A stretch of 64,000 nucleotides of DNA from Octopus vulgaris (taxonomy: Eukaryota), in NCBI GenBank assembly GCA_951406725.2, contig OX597817.1, forward strand, positions 26,164,001-26,228,000, in the 5' to 3' direction. Below, piece after piece: positions 12,700-26,119 of the stretch. The stretch's first letter is position 1; each line of letters starts with the position of its first letter. The notes under the pieces are model-generated. The model worked only from the letters and a program-made list of their open reading frames with translations, made no database searches and was not told where the DNA came from. The translations under genes were made by a program, and so were the position numbers.

Positions 12700-13306
12700 C
12701 TTGTGAGTTTATCTGGTAAGGCTCCTTGGCAACATTGCCAAGCCAGAGATCCTTGAAAATTATCCAAGGATCCTGGCCCGAACATCCTTCAGAACAGGCT
12801 GGCCAGATGAATATCACCGAAGCCCAGAGAGTCCCCCCAGGTCGTCGTCACACTTAGCCTCTACCAACCCTCTGTAGAATGATGAGGTGGAACCCCCACC
12901 ATTGGCATTACCTGTGCAAGAGAGCAGCGAGAGTGCCTTACAGCACTCTCACTTCTCAATCTCCCAACTTTGGTCTGTACTTGATCCACAGTTCTAGTTC
13001 ACTAAAACTAGTAAACCTAGGAAGTAACAATTTATCAAACGAAGACCACACCTGTTCATCATCCAGGTAGAGTCACTGATGCCTCAGGCTCTGTGCATGT
13101 CTGTGCAGCAACAGCCTGGGCATCCCTAGCCCACCCTTTAGCAGGCGTTGGCAGCAGACAGAGCACCTTAGAAGAGGAACACCACCCTTCCACAAGAGGC
13201 GAAAGAATAGACACTCCAACTTGTTTAGCCACGAAAGGGGGCAAGGCACGACGGTTAGGTGGTAGGTAATGACAGATGTATTGAACACATTTGCAACCTT
13301 CGCCAT
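12700..13306 (-). pseudogene. Decayed L1/Tx1-clade LINE ORF2 fragment (region after the RT domain)
   Basis: AKVANVFNTSVITYHLTVVPCPLSWLNKLECLFFRLLWKGGVP...LKGGLGMP matches the L1/Tx1 F.W...GGLG.P motif. Confidence 0.8.
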
Positions 13307-13321
13307 ATGTTTATTTTACCA

Positions 13322-13590
13322 TAGCACTTTCAAATTTTATAATTGGAAATGCTACATTGAAGAGTGAAGTAACTAATTAAAAGCACTTTTATCTCAAAGC
13401 ATGTCTGTGGCTAATAGGAATTGTGTTGATTCATTGCTTTTCTCTTTGCCTACGTAAAAAAGTGTGTTGCTGTCGTGGAGATTCTTATAGTAGTAGAAAG
13501 GGAATTTTTAACTCCTATTTCTAAATCCAGTGAAGCAGTTAGTTGACCCCTAATTATAATTATGTTTATAATTATAGAATATTTATACAT
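13322..13590 (+). mobile_element. Inverted copy of repeat P2 with degenerate HHR at 13351-13411
   Basis: gctaca-TTGAAGA-gtga...tctc-AAAG-catg-TC-tgtggc; 6-bp stem I gctaca/tgtggc. Confidence 0.65.
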
Positions 13591-13599
13591 GCATATATA

Positions 13600-13647
<48 letters not shown>

Positions 13648-15087
13648 TGTATAAATATTTATCTATATATAGAGAGAGAGGGAGAGAGAGAGAAAGAGAG
13701 AGAAATAAGTTAGGGGCTTTTACATTATTTCCATCTACCAAATTCATTCCCAAGGCATTGGTTGACCTGGGACTATAGTAAACAATTTCCCAACGTGCCA
13801 TGAGCGGGGAGTGACATGTGGTTGCAAAGTATGTTTCTTTACCACACAGCCATGACTGTGCCTATAAAGTATACAAATACATGAATACAGGGATGTTTCA
13901 GTTTCCTAAATACAGGGAAGAACCTTGCACAGGTTTTTTAAAAACGATAATACCAAACAGTTGCAATCCAGTTTCTTTTCCTTTCTCATTCCATGACTGT
14001 TGTTGCCTTGTGCATCATGTTACATGTGAAAGTAGAAAAGAAAGAGAGTTCATTAGAAGACAAGGAAAGTGAAAGAAGAAGATAATAATGTGGAGGAGAA
14101 TATGGGAAAAAAAGAATGAAGGGGAAAATGAGAAAGATAATGGGAATAAAGAAGAAGAGAAAGATGATGAGAAAAAATAAGACAAAGTGGATGAGAAGAG
14201 AAGAAAAAAGTGCAGTACATTGGAAGAATTTTAACAATCTACTAGCAAATGGTTCTTTTCAAAGACGTTCAATAGCCCTGGGAATACTAATTCTTCACAA
14301 ACATACACCAAGCCCATAATTTGGATTCATTGATACATGCGTATGATTAAATGGCATAGAAGTGCTTTACACGAATGTAGGATGGTTAAATTGCATGTAA
14401 TTTTAACGACATAAAAGCTAATTTTTAAAGCTATGTTTAGCTTGTTCCACAGTTAACTGCTTTTAGCAAAATTCAATGCACTTATGTACACATATACTTT
14501 AAAATAGACCTCGTTATCATTAGGGATTTCCCATGAGCCAGCAGAGAGTTTTCTAAGTTGTCATGGAATTGTTTCCATAGAACAGCTAATTTTTGCTCCC
14601 CTAATCCATATGTGTGATCATGATCAGGATTACACATTTTAAATCACTTTAGAAGCATAAATAACAACATCGAAATATACTACCAATGTCTTTTTGATTA
14701 ATCTCCAAAATAAGCAAGGTTTTTGAGGGACTTAGTTAAATATCCTTCTCCTTATTTGGCTGATGTTTAGAACACAAAAAGTTTTGACACGAGATAGAGA
14801 TGCAAAATGTTCATTTAAATTTGAGCATTAAAATGAAATATTTTGTTTCATAGACTTAGATGTATTCTCATGTGGGCTGGTAAGTTATATAAATCAACAA
14901 ATAAAATGTCTAAATAGAAATGTAAGTACTAAGGTCGATTCGTTCAACTAGGTGGCACCCCAGCATAGCCACAGTCTAATGACTGAATCAAGTAGAAGAA
15001 TAAAAGAAATTGTATGAATGTAGTTAGAAACACCAAGTAATTTTTGCCTTTTTTGAGATATTCCTTTTCAATATGTGTATATATGCC

Positions 15088-15200
15088 CAAATAAGTACCA
15101 GTTATGCACTGGGGTCGATATAATCGACTTAATCCGTTTGTCTGTCCTTGTTTGTCCCCTCTGTGTGTAGCCCCTTGTGGGCAGTAAAGAAATAAGAAAC
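15088..15200 (+). mobile_element. SINE family C, 3' fragment
   Basis: aataagtaccagttatgcactggggtcgat...gtaaagaaata. Confidence 0.85.
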
Positions 15201-15399
15201 CATATAAATTCAGACAATGGAGTCCACTGCAGTCCTCCAACTTGATGAGTCCAGTTAAACTATCTAAACCATGCTTGCATAGAAGATTCCTCTTCTGATA
15301 GGGAGTTGGTCTCAACTGCTATTTTAATGTTGTGTCCATCTGTATGTGAGTGTATGAGTGTGTGTATGTGTGTGTGTATGTGTGTGTGTGTGTTTTAGA

Positions 15400-15642
15400 G
15401 CCTCTCGGTCTTTATATTACATGATTGCTGTAAATGAGTATCACCATCATGCAAGCGGTGTCCTTCATTTCCAACCTTCCACGAAAACATGTCTGGTGAT
15501 GGGGAAATACTACCTTAATTAGAGACAGGTGATGGCTGATGACAGGAAGAGCATCCAGCAATAGAAAATTCACCTCCACTAATTCTGTTCAGTTCATGTG
15601 AGCATGGAAAAAGATGATGCCAAAACAATGGTGATGATGATG
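15400..15642 (+). mobile_element. Old SINE-like family G sharing the family A 3' end
   Basis: gacaggaagagcatccagc...gcatggaaaa...(GAT)n; related copies at ~39170-39400 (-), 45880-46070 (+) and 59270-59380 (-). Confidence 0.55.
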
Positions 15643-16063
15643 TTAGTACACACACACACACATTTGAATAGGGATAAAATATTCTTGATAGGCAAGAGAA
15701 CAGTATATTAATATTAAGGATTAGTGGATAGTAATAACATTATCAATCAGATTGTTTATATCCAGGTATAAAGGATATTTCAATCTTTTATGGAAATGAA
15801 ATACAATACAGCTTAACTCTATGTTTACTATCTATATGTCATATAATTAGATAGATATGTATGTATAATGATGCAGATATAATGATATGGAAAGGGAAGC
15901 AGGATTCCCTTTTGTTTCCTTAGGAATATTTGATGGCCTTTTAGATTTGAATATAAATATAAACTAGGAAAATGGTAACTTTAAGACTTCAACTAAAATT
16001 GCACTTTTTATTTATTAATATATGCAAATATATATATATATATTTATACACACCCACCCATGT

Positions 16064-16101
<38 letters not shown>

Positions 16102-16150
16102 CTTTATTAGTGTGTATATATAAATATAAATACACATGTACATATTATAC

Positions 16151-16186
<36 letters not shown>

Positions 16187-16200
16187 GCATATATATCGCA

Positions 16201-16462
16201 AAGGCGCAATGGCCCAGTAGTTAGGGGAGCAGACTTGTAGTTGTAGGATGAAGGTTTCAATTCCCAGACTGGGTGCTGCAAATGTTTTTGAGCAAAACAC
16301 GTAAAGCTCACTCTGTGTCATGCTGAATCTCCCTAAGGACTACATTATGGGTACACATGTCTGTGGAATGCTCAGCCACTTGCCCGTTAATTTAACAAGC
16401 TGACTGTTCCATTGATCAGATAAACTGAAACCCTTGTCATCATAACCAACACTGTGCTTCGA
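16201..16462 (+). mobile_element. SINE family D (tail type 2), internally deleted
   Basis: aaggcgcaatggcccagtagttaggg head; 3' part matches 56112-56280 (reverse). Confidence 0.8.
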
Positions 16463-16520
16463 TATATGTATACACAAAAAAATATACATATATACACATA
16501 TACATATATACATATATATA

Positions 16521-16558
<38 letters not shown>

Positions 16559-16619
16559 GTATGTATACATATCGCAGATGCACAATGGCCCAGTAGTCAG
16601 GGGAGCAGACTTGTAGTGT

Positions 16620-17145
16620 GAGAAGACCCATCCATTGGACTATAAATTCTGCTTGTGAAGACCTGTTGAGGCAAATGAAATTGAAATCAAATTCGATGAC
16701 TGGTACCCATGCTAGTGGACTGCTAAGAGCACCATCCGAGCATGATTGTTGCCAGAGAAGCTGACTAGCTCCCATGCCAGTGGCACATAAAAAGCACCAT
16801 TCAAACGTGACTTTTATCAGCGTTGCCTTACTGGCACTTGTGCCAGTGGTATATGAAAAATATTCAAGTGAGGTTGTTGCCAGTGCCCTTGGTCTGGCAC
16901 CTGTGCAGGTGGAATGTAAAAAATACCACTTGAGCGTGGCCGTTGCCAGTGCCACCTGACTGGTCCTCATGCTGGCAGTACGTAAAAACCCACTACACTC
17001 TTGGAGTGGTCAGTGTTAGGAAGAGCATCAAGCTGTAGATATTGAAGCCTGGTATAGCCATCAGGTTCGCCAGGCCTCAGTCAAATCGTCCAACCCATGC
17101 TAGCATAGAAAGCAGATGTTAAACAATGATGGTGATGATGATGCT
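16620..17145 (+). mobile_element. Family A, long form with internal ~60-bp tandem units
   Basis: Repeated gtggca..taaaaagcacc units, then ggaagagcatcaagctgtaga...caacccatgctagcat...(GAT)n. Confidence 0.85.
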
Positions 17146-17697
17146 GATACATACATGAAAATACACTCAGAGATGATGAAGAAGGGAAGAATCTTTGTGA
17201 TGCAGACAAAGACAGTTGTTCTTTAGACATCTCCCAGCCTCTATCTTGATAAAACTGTAGACTCTAAGTCGTTACTAGCTTCACCTCTCAAAATAATTGA
17301 TTTCACAGCTAACACTGATCATTGAAATGTGAAGTGTTAGAGACACGTATTTTAAAGTTGTTATCATCAGGCAACCAGTGTAATGTACATTGCACACAAA
17401 GTTCACACAATCAATGAAAATTTTTAAATCAATTATAATACCATAGTCATAAGTAACAATACACAAACACACATACACACACACACACACACATGTATGT
17501 ATATATGTATTTATATATTTAAGTCATATATTATGGCAAATGACAGTGTGTAGAATATATGTGTGTGTGTGTCTGTGTATGCATAAATATGAGTGTGTAT
17601 ACAATAATATATGTGTGTGTGTGTGTGTGTGTATACATGTATATATAAGTATATATATTCATGTGTGTATATATCTGTCTATCTATCTGTCTGTCTG

Positions 17698-17728
<31 letters not shown>

Positions 17729-18239
17729 GTGTATGTGTCTGTGTACACACACACATATACATAGTATATATTTACATATATATCTTCCAGGGGTGAGAAG
17801 GTCAGAGGAAGAAATGTCTGGTCACTAAGAATAAAGTACTCAAAGATAAGTCTGAGAATAAATAAAATATGTAAATTGCGTTGCTGCGCCTCTGTTTTGT
17901 TTTGTTCTGTCAACAGAATTCCTGTTTTTTCCTGAAGAGAAAGCTACAATATGGTATCCTTATTTGATCAGAATTTGGAAAATTGTGCGTGTGTGCATGT
18001 GTGTGTCTATGTATATATATGTATCATCATCGTCACCATCATCATCGTTTAACGTCCGTTTTCCATGCTAGCATGGGTTGGACGGTTCAACTATCCGCAC
18101 CAACGCACGGTTGCAACACCAAATGGTCCTATCTCCAACCGTGCTTTTTTCTGCTGTGATTTTTGCTACCCAGGTATCGGTTAAACTTTTGAATAATCTG
18201 TAACAAGAAAATTCATCTTTTTATTTCAATAAAAAAAAA

Positions 18240-18289
<50 letters not shown>

Positions 18290-18642
18290 GTGTGTGTGTA
18301 TAGATATGCATGTATGTATATATATATATATATATATTTTTAATATAGGGTAAAATCAGTAATTATTTTACTAAGTGGTCAGTGTGGAAATATAAACCTC
18401 ATAGGTACATTTTGCAAAACATTTTGTAATTATATACATAATTATAACATGGGGTCGTCCTCATGCCTCACCACACACTGCTAGAAATAGACTCTTAAGC
18501 TCCTAACACCACCTTAAAACCTCTGAGAAATAACACTTCATATTGTAGGTAAGCAAAAGAAAAATAATGAATCCATAACGTTGGTCAACTTCGTACCCGA
18601 TCGGATTTCAAGCTTAAAGTAAAACTAAAATATTTCACTTAC

Positions 18643-18971
18643 TGCTGTCATAAATTGAGTCTAAGGCTCTGTTCCTGAAGTTATTGGATGAATTGTGTGT
18701 GTCCCTTGCTGCGCCTCTTCCTGCTGGCAATGGCTTCATAGTTTCCTCTGTGGTTGTTCATGTCACACATCTTGCAATACACCCTTTACAATGTACAAAG
18801 GGTGTTGAACAGCAATCATGGTGTGGTCACACCCAAGGTGAATCCTCATGATACAGGTAACTCTTCAATATGGTTTCTAGTTCTTCATGTCAGCCAACAT
18901 TTTTTCAACTACAACCTTTACCGTTATATCCTCCAATGCTATTGGCTGCTCATCAATATATCAAGCTATTT
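18643..18971 (-). other. Candidate spliced exon (non-coding/5'UTR or decayed coding)
   Basis: Minus-strand acceptor tttcttttttcAG| and donor |GTAAGT bound a unique 329-nt block; all three frames contain stops, but a terminal ATG opens MKPLPAGRGAARDTHNSSNNFRNRALDSIYDS into the donor. Confidence 0.35.
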
Positions 18972-19309
18972 CTGAAAAAAGAAACATAAATAATGATATG
19001 TGTGTGTGTGTATGTATGTACGTACATATGTGTGCATGTGTGTATGCATTTATTTGAGTGGATATGTGTTTGTGTCTGTTTATGTGTATATCTCCTTAAA
19101 GTAGAAATGTGTGAACATCATTTGTGTTTGCCTTTTAGTTCAAAATGACTCCTATTTTCAATACACACGATTTTTACATTTTTTAAAATTTTTTATAAAA
19201 AAAACTCTCCTAAAACTAGGCCATAAGACCCTGAAATTCCCAGCTAAAAGGTCTTGTATTTATTTCTAATAACCCCATTTGACTAGGGTAAAGACCCAAT
19301 TTGGTCCTG

Positions 19310-19592
19310 AAAGTTCCCCTCTGAGGCACAAGTCCAGGCAAGGTTGTTTTGTGGAAGACCAGCAGTCACCAATGCTTACCAGTGTCCCCTCTCCACACCA
19401 CTGATGTTATTCAAGGGAAGGGCAAAGGCTAAAACAGCTTGGCATCAGCAACTCATTTCTACAGCTGAGTGAACTGGAGCAATGTGAAGTAAAGTGTCTT
19501 CCTCAAGAACACAACACACAGCCCAGTCCAGAAATCAAACTCACTAACTCATGATTGTGAGCCTGACACGTTAACTACTGAGCCATGCACCC
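19310..19592 (-). mobile_element. Old tRNA/CORE-like SINE (family H)
   Basis: Minus strand: gggtgcatggctcagtagttaa...gagtttgatttc...gtgttcttgaggaagacacttta. Confidence 0.6.
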
Positions 19593-19894
19593 ATTTAACT
19601 AATATATACATAAACTATCATGGTTGAAAGAAGTTAAGTTCCTACATCAATGGCTTATAGCATAATAGTGTATCCCCACAAAACATTTTGTTTCTATGTA
19701 AATGACATTTCATATTTTACTGAATTCACAAATTGAATTGTGACCATACTGGAGCGCTTCTTTCAAGAATACACAGAGTTCTATTAATACTTGTCTTTAT
19801 GCACTTTGAAAGAATAACAACCAAAGGTGACCTGAGTGGATCTGAACCCAAACCAAAAGCAAAGGTGTGAGCAAAATGTCATTTAGTATTTTAA

Positions 19895-20041
19895 GCATCC
19901 AGCTGTAGAAACTCGGCCAAATCATGATTGGAACCTGGTGCATCCATCTGGTTCGCAAGTCCTCAGTCAAATCGTCCAACCCATGCTAGCATTGAAAGCA
20001 GACGTTAAACGATGATGATAATGATGATGATGATGATGATT
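19895..20041 (+). mobile_element. Family A, 3' fragment
   Basis: gcatccagctgtagaaac...gacgttaaac(GAT)n. Confidence 0.85.
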
Positions 20042-20505
20042 GCCATTCAATGCCTTTCTGTTTAAAAATATCACAGGAAATTTGAAAAACTTCAGAAGTA
20101 GTGTAGTTAGGTATTTATGAGAAATAAACTCTGAGTATACATCCTATGAAAGTAATCAATCAACTTAATTGATTGATGATTATTGATTATTAATCAAAAT
20201 AAATCACAAAGTCACTAAGAGTCATATAAACTCAATTTTTTTTTGTCTAGGGTGATTTCAAGGTAAACAACAAGAACTTAGTTAATTTTGAACTCTTGAC
20301 AGTTTGATCTAAGTGCTTGTAGCATAAAAAAAGTCCCAAAACACAAACCAGAGAATAGCAAAGCACAACAAATAAATAAATGAAAGTGAAAGCAAATCAG
20401 GTTTTAAAAATTAGATGCACCCAATGAAGTGAAAGAAAATTTATTGAAACTGACGATATTATATTTATGGATAAACATAAAAATAAGTATAATAAATAAG
20501 TATAA

Positions 20506-20536
<31 letters not shown>

Positions 20537-20729
20537 ACTACGTATTTACATAAATAACAGAAATGCAAAATATGAAAATCAGGCACAACAAGAAGACTAT
20601 ATTGGGGAAAGAATTTTAAGAAAACGGGTAAAGCCCCTTTAAACAGCAGAAGACAAGGCAGCCCCAAAATATGTGCTTGAGTGAGTGTGTGTGTGTCTAC
20701 ATATCTATGTATAAATATACTAAGATACT

Positions 20730-20734
<5 letters not shown>

Positions 20735-20800
<66 letters not shown>

Positions 20801-20881
20801 ATATATATGATTATATATATATAAATGATTATATATATATAAATGATTATATATATATATAAATGATTATATATATATATG

Positions 20882-20900
<19 letters not shown>
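20735..20900. repeat. (CT)n followed by a ~18-bp gattatatatatataaat minisatellite
   Basis: Direct tandem repeats. Confidence 0.9.
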
Positions 20901-20917
<17 letters not shown>

Positions 20918-21270
20918 TATATATACACACACACACACATATATATATATATGATTCATACACACACATACACATATGTATATATGTGTGTGTATGGATA
21001 TATGTTAGTGTGCATCTATAAAAGAAGGGAAATACGTAAGAAAGAGTAGAAATGCCAAATTATTCAACAATTTATTGAAATTATTGTTTGTTTTCGGTTT
21101 TATTTCTTTATTCTTTTGTATGAGATAACTGTAGAAATTAACACAGCTGTTGTAACATTCTACCAGAGTGTCATAAACATCTGGCTTTGTTATCAATGGA
21201 TATTCTTCAGACTCTGTTTTCAAATCTCCATTCAAACACAAACATACATGCAAGGGTGCACGGACGCACA

Positions 21271-21324
<54 letters not shown>

Positions 21325-21729
21325 GTGATTTGGAACGAATTCACAACATATCTGTGTGTTTGTGTGTTTATATTTGTTTAGATGGGAAGATATTTATATA
21401 TATATATATATATATATATACATAGGTAGATAGATAGATAGACAGACAGAGTGACAACCACCATCTATCAAAGCCAATATATATTGGAAGAGAACAAAGG
21501 AAAATAATGATAAAGTGTAGAGATACATAAAATTAGGTATATATCTTTATAAACACACATACGTATATGCATACTTAGGCATATACATGCACACACACAC
21601 ATATATACATATATATGTATTTATCTATATATATTTGCATGTATGCATGTGCATATATTTATATATACACTTGTATGTGTGTATGTATATATATATAATA
21701 TATATGTGTGTGTGTTTTCAAATACACTC

Positions 21730-21812
21730 ATGTGTGTGTATATATATATATATATATACATATGTACAAATATATGCATATGTATGTGTATATATATATA
21801 CACACACAAATG

Positions 21813-21845
<33 letters not shown>

Positions 21846-21942
21846 GTGTGTATATATATATATATACATACGTACAAATATATGCATATGTATGTGTGTA
21901 TATATATATATATTTATACACACACACAAATGCACACACACT
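21730..21942. repeat. Tandem duplication of a compound-microsatellite unit (~110 bp)
   Basis: tacaaatatatgcatatgtatgtg...cacacaaatgcacacaca occurs twice. Confidence 0.8.
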
Positions 21943-23319
21943 CTTCTATATATACATATAAGCTTGTTGCAAGTGCCAGTAATTTCAATAAAAAAGAGAC
22001 AGATAAATATTTCGTACTCTTGCTTCTCTTCAATAGATTGACTTTCACAAACATAAACCAGCATTGCATTCTTATGAATATACATAGCCATACGTATCTT
22101 GGGAAATATATAAGTGCGCACATGTCATACTGGATGCTAATAAATATATGTACATACATATCTGTATATCATACTATGTGTATAAATTTTCATATATATA
22201 CATGTGTGCATCTGTGTACGAGCAAGAACTAGGATATTAAATTCATACTAAAAGTTTGATACTCTGGCCAATAGAATCTATCTTCTGTGTATGTGTGTGT
22301 ATTAGGGGGGGGTGTTAGTGAATGAATGAAAATGTTGGTGGGTAAATGTCTGCATATAAATGAAAATATTTGTATACATACATCTATGTATGTATGTACA
22401 TTCGCACATTGTAGTAGATTAGCATATATCTTTAGGACCCATGTGGCTTTATTTATTTATTCATTAAAACTCTAAGCTAGCCTCTTTGATAATAGCCATA
22501 TAAGAAACAACAGTGGAAAATATAACTTTTATTTTGTAAAAGTAAGAAGTAAAGAAGTGAGAATATACACAACAAAACAGACATAGAATCTCATAAAAGA
22601 CAGAAACTTCTCAACATCTCAGACAAACTAATATTAGCTAGCGTGATATCATTTACAACATTAAATACTATAAAGACAATTTCTTTGACTTATCTACCAA
22701 ATTCCAGCTAATCCTCTCAGCTAAAACCAAATTAGATTTATTTAGTAAAAGAAATTTTTAAATTGTCTTTTTTTATAGACACTCCATAAATTTGATCCAG
22801 ACGTGAAATATAACAATTACCATTCATTCAATTAAAATTTCCCAGAATAATTAAGAATGGCTGTTTTATCTATTTTTTAGTAATTGAGAATTTGAAGTTA
22901 GCCCATTTGATTTATATAGATTTTGTGTTGGTAGCTATTCTCCTGCCTTTCTGGGAGAGATTTAGTTATTGATCCAATGTTTATTTCTCATTAGTGCAAA
23001 TAAAGACTTGGCTAATTAAAATTTTCTCACTTTCCCCATGCAGTGTTTTAGTATTTAATATGCTAACATCATTTAAGTTTATTGCTCCCCTTTTGTTGGG
23101 AGGGAATTTTTAATGCTGGATCATACAAGTTTATTAACTGCAAATACAACAAACCACTTGAACTTTATGTCAGGTTGAGTAAAAAGTAACCAATGTTATG
23201 AATCATGAAGAATTTGTACTGGAGTTTTGCAGTTTTTAATTTTTTAAAACATTCTTTTGCAATTGTCTGATAATACAGACATAGATTTACCCAAATGCAT
23301 TAATAAATTAGCATTAATA

Positions 23320-23343
23320 TTGGGTTGTCCGGAAAGTTCGTGC
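23320..23343. mobile_element. Solo mariner terminal inverted repeat (TIR)
   Basis: TA + ttgggttgtccggaaagttcgtgc, the same TIR as the three full MITEs. Confidence 0.85.
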
Positions 23344-23383
23344 ATATGTTCCTTTTACTTTTAGTTTCCAGTTTAGATTTAGG

Positions 23384-23773
23384 TTACTCTTTTACTCTTT
23401 TACTCTTTTACTTGTTTCAGTCATTTGACTGCGGCCATGCTAGAGCACCACCTTTAGTTGACCAAATTGACCTCAGGACTTATTCTTTGTAAGCCTAGTA
23501 CTTATCGGTCTCTTTTGCCGAACCACTAAGTTACATTGGTTGTCAAGCGATGTTGGGGGAACAAAGACACACAAACATATACACACATACATATATATGT
23601 ACATATATACGACAGGCTTCTTTCAGTTTCTATCTACCAAATCCACTCACAAGGCTTTGATTGGCCCAAGGCTATAGTAGAAGACACTTGCCCATGGTGC
23701 CACACAGTGGGAATGAACCCGAAACCATGTGGTTGGTGAGCAAGCTACTTACCACACAGCCACTCCTGTACCT
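23384..23773 (-). mobile_element. SINE family B
   Basis: (tactcttt)n tail and the same head as 9726-10124. Confidence 0.9.
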
Positions 23774-25063
23774 AGGAATAAAATACAAAGTCAATCTATT
23801 TAAACAGCAAAGCTTTGTGCAAAGTATTATCAAAAGATTGTTGATATCAAGTGCAGTTATCTTTCTTTCATAAAACCTCTCTAGAGTCAGGGACAATTGC
23901 TGAGTGACATTAAATATTAAGTTTGGCTCTATGGAATTCTAAGAGTGAGGAGAGAAAAAAAACGAGAAATTCAACATGTTGGAGAAGACAACTATCAATG
24001 ATAGTTTTATAAAACTTTGAAATATTTTAAGTGAGGGCAACAGAGGGCAGAATCAGAGTAGTGGTTATTCTTGTTGGGTGATAGAATATAAAGCAATTCC
24101 TTCTGTTACAAAAATAAACAGCTTGTCTCAATATTTAGATAAGAGATGAGATTGAGCTACCATAAGTATATTCAATGAAGCCAAAGTTTACAGACTTATA
24201 GATATGGGACTATGTAATACCTTAATAACACGAAAATGACTCTACAGAGAGAGGTTGGGCAGTTATCTAAGCATGAAGCAGGAATTACTGCTTGTTCACT
24301 TGATACATTCTAGAAATAAATATATCAACTGCCAATAAATTTGGTTTGAAGAACAAACTCTTCCAAAGGTAAAAATTCTAGATATCATATAGAGTTTAGA
24401 AATCAATACAACCATCCCTAATACATAGAACCACAATCAAATCCCCCACTAAGCTTCTTTATATATTTAATCTCCAAAGAATATTTACTTGCTTCTCATA
24501 AATAAAATTTAATTGGTTGGTGATACATTCATAAATATCTTACTAAATTCTAAGAAATGCCAATTTTAATGGCACCTATCCTATTACATTTGTCTAGACT
24601 TGTTAATGAGAAAGAATTCAATGAGATGTAGCTTGTATGGGGATTAGAAACCTTTCAATGGAATAAGCATTATCAAGGTATGTTATCTTTAAAAGTTTAT
24701 TTCAAGCATAAAAATCTCCCTTAATTATAGTTTTATTATCTTATTAAGACATGGAATTCAAAATAGCAGAACTCAGTAGCATTTACAGTGAGTAAATTGC
24801 AATGAAACTTAAGGATTTTATACTACTATATGATCATGATCATTTCATACTTTCTTTTATCTATTTTATGCAATAAACTATTTATTATAATCCAGTCAAG
24901 CACACACGACTTGCAACATGTTAAACGAAGACTTATATTACAATTACGCTGCTTGCTAAGATACCTGGATACATTTCTTCAAATGTTTGCTGCTATCAAA
25001 ATATCTTACTTTTGCCACACCTATTCTTCCTTTCACCTGCCATCTGCTGTAAATTAACGCATA

Positions 25064-25294
25064 TATTTCTTTACTACCCACAAGGACTAAACACAGAGAG
25101 GACAAACATGGACAGACAAACGGGTTAAGTCGATTACATCGACCCCAGTGCGTAACTGGTACTTAATTTATCGACCCGAAAGGATGAAAGGCAAAGTCGA
25201 CCTTGGTGGAATTTGAACTCAGAACGTAACGGTAGACGAAATACGGCTACGCATGTCGCCCGGCGCGCTAATGTTTCTGCCAGCTCACCGCCTT
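25064..25294 (-). mobile_element. tRNA-derived SINE family C, full length
   Basis: Head aaggcggtgagctggcagaa, B box gagttcaaattcc; cgcatata repeated at 25058-25065 and 25299-25306. Confidence 0.9.
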
Positions 25295-25465
25295 ATAGCG
25301 CATATAGTATTGGAACGTTCATTGCCCTTTCACCATTATGAGGAAGGTTTTAGACAGATATTCAGGAGGGTTGGGAGGTGGGGAAACACATGAAATATTT
25401 GAAGTAGCATTTGGTAATGTTTAATCATTAATTTCACTGTTCTATTGGTGCTATCAGCTAAAATA

Positions 25466-25702
25466 CCTATTCCTTTACTACCCACAAGGGGCTAAACACA
25501 GAGGAGACAAACAAGGACAGACAGTCGGATTAAATCGATTATATCGACCCCAGTATGTAACTGGTACTTAATTTATCGACCCCGAAAGGATGAAAGGCAA
25601 AGTCTACCTTGGTGGAATTTGAACTCAGAACGTAACGGCAGACCAAATACCGCAAAGTATTTCGCCCAGCATGCTAACATTTCTGCCTGCTCGCTGCCTT
25701 CA
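25466..25702 (-). mobile_element. SINE family C with 14-bp TSD
   Basis: tatcagctaaaata (25452-25465) / tatcaactaaaata (25703-25716). Confidence 0.9.
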
Positions 25703-25725
25703 TATCAACTAAAATATCACCAGGT

Positions 25726-26060
25726 GGATGACTGTTGGCTCACACTGAGCTCATCTGTCTTTCACAGGTTTTGGTTTTTGTTCCGAAGAGTGTCTACGAC
25801 ACCTTCTTCACCTGGCAAGCCAGGTGGGGGTAAACTGGTTTAGTTACTGACTGCCTAACCATGAAACAGGTAGAACCGGGTTACATGGTGCCAGTAGCAA
25901 GAATTTCCTGAATGGATCTGATGAGCTTACTGAGAGCTAATAGTCATCTACATTAGTGGTGTCTCATAAAAGCATCCTGCATGAGGGCTGGCAAACTGTG
26001 CAGTTGGTCCAAGTCTGTAGCAACAAAAACTCCAGTGAAAGGCAAACTGGGCTTTTGAGT
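25726..26060 (+). mobile_element. Family F (RTE-like 5' region), second diverged copy
   Basis: Colinear with 6796-6988: accttcttcacctggcaagccaggtgggg...gggttacatggtgccagtagca. Confidence 0.5.
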
Positions 26061-26119
26061 CAGAGTTGATGTCTATGAGTGATGTACAGAGTGAGCTCAA
26101 CTAAAAACTGGTAATTTAA

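Noticed and set aside
21587-22232. YIYI/VCVC/THTH ORFs here and throughout the window
   Set aside because: Translations of dinucleotide microsatellites
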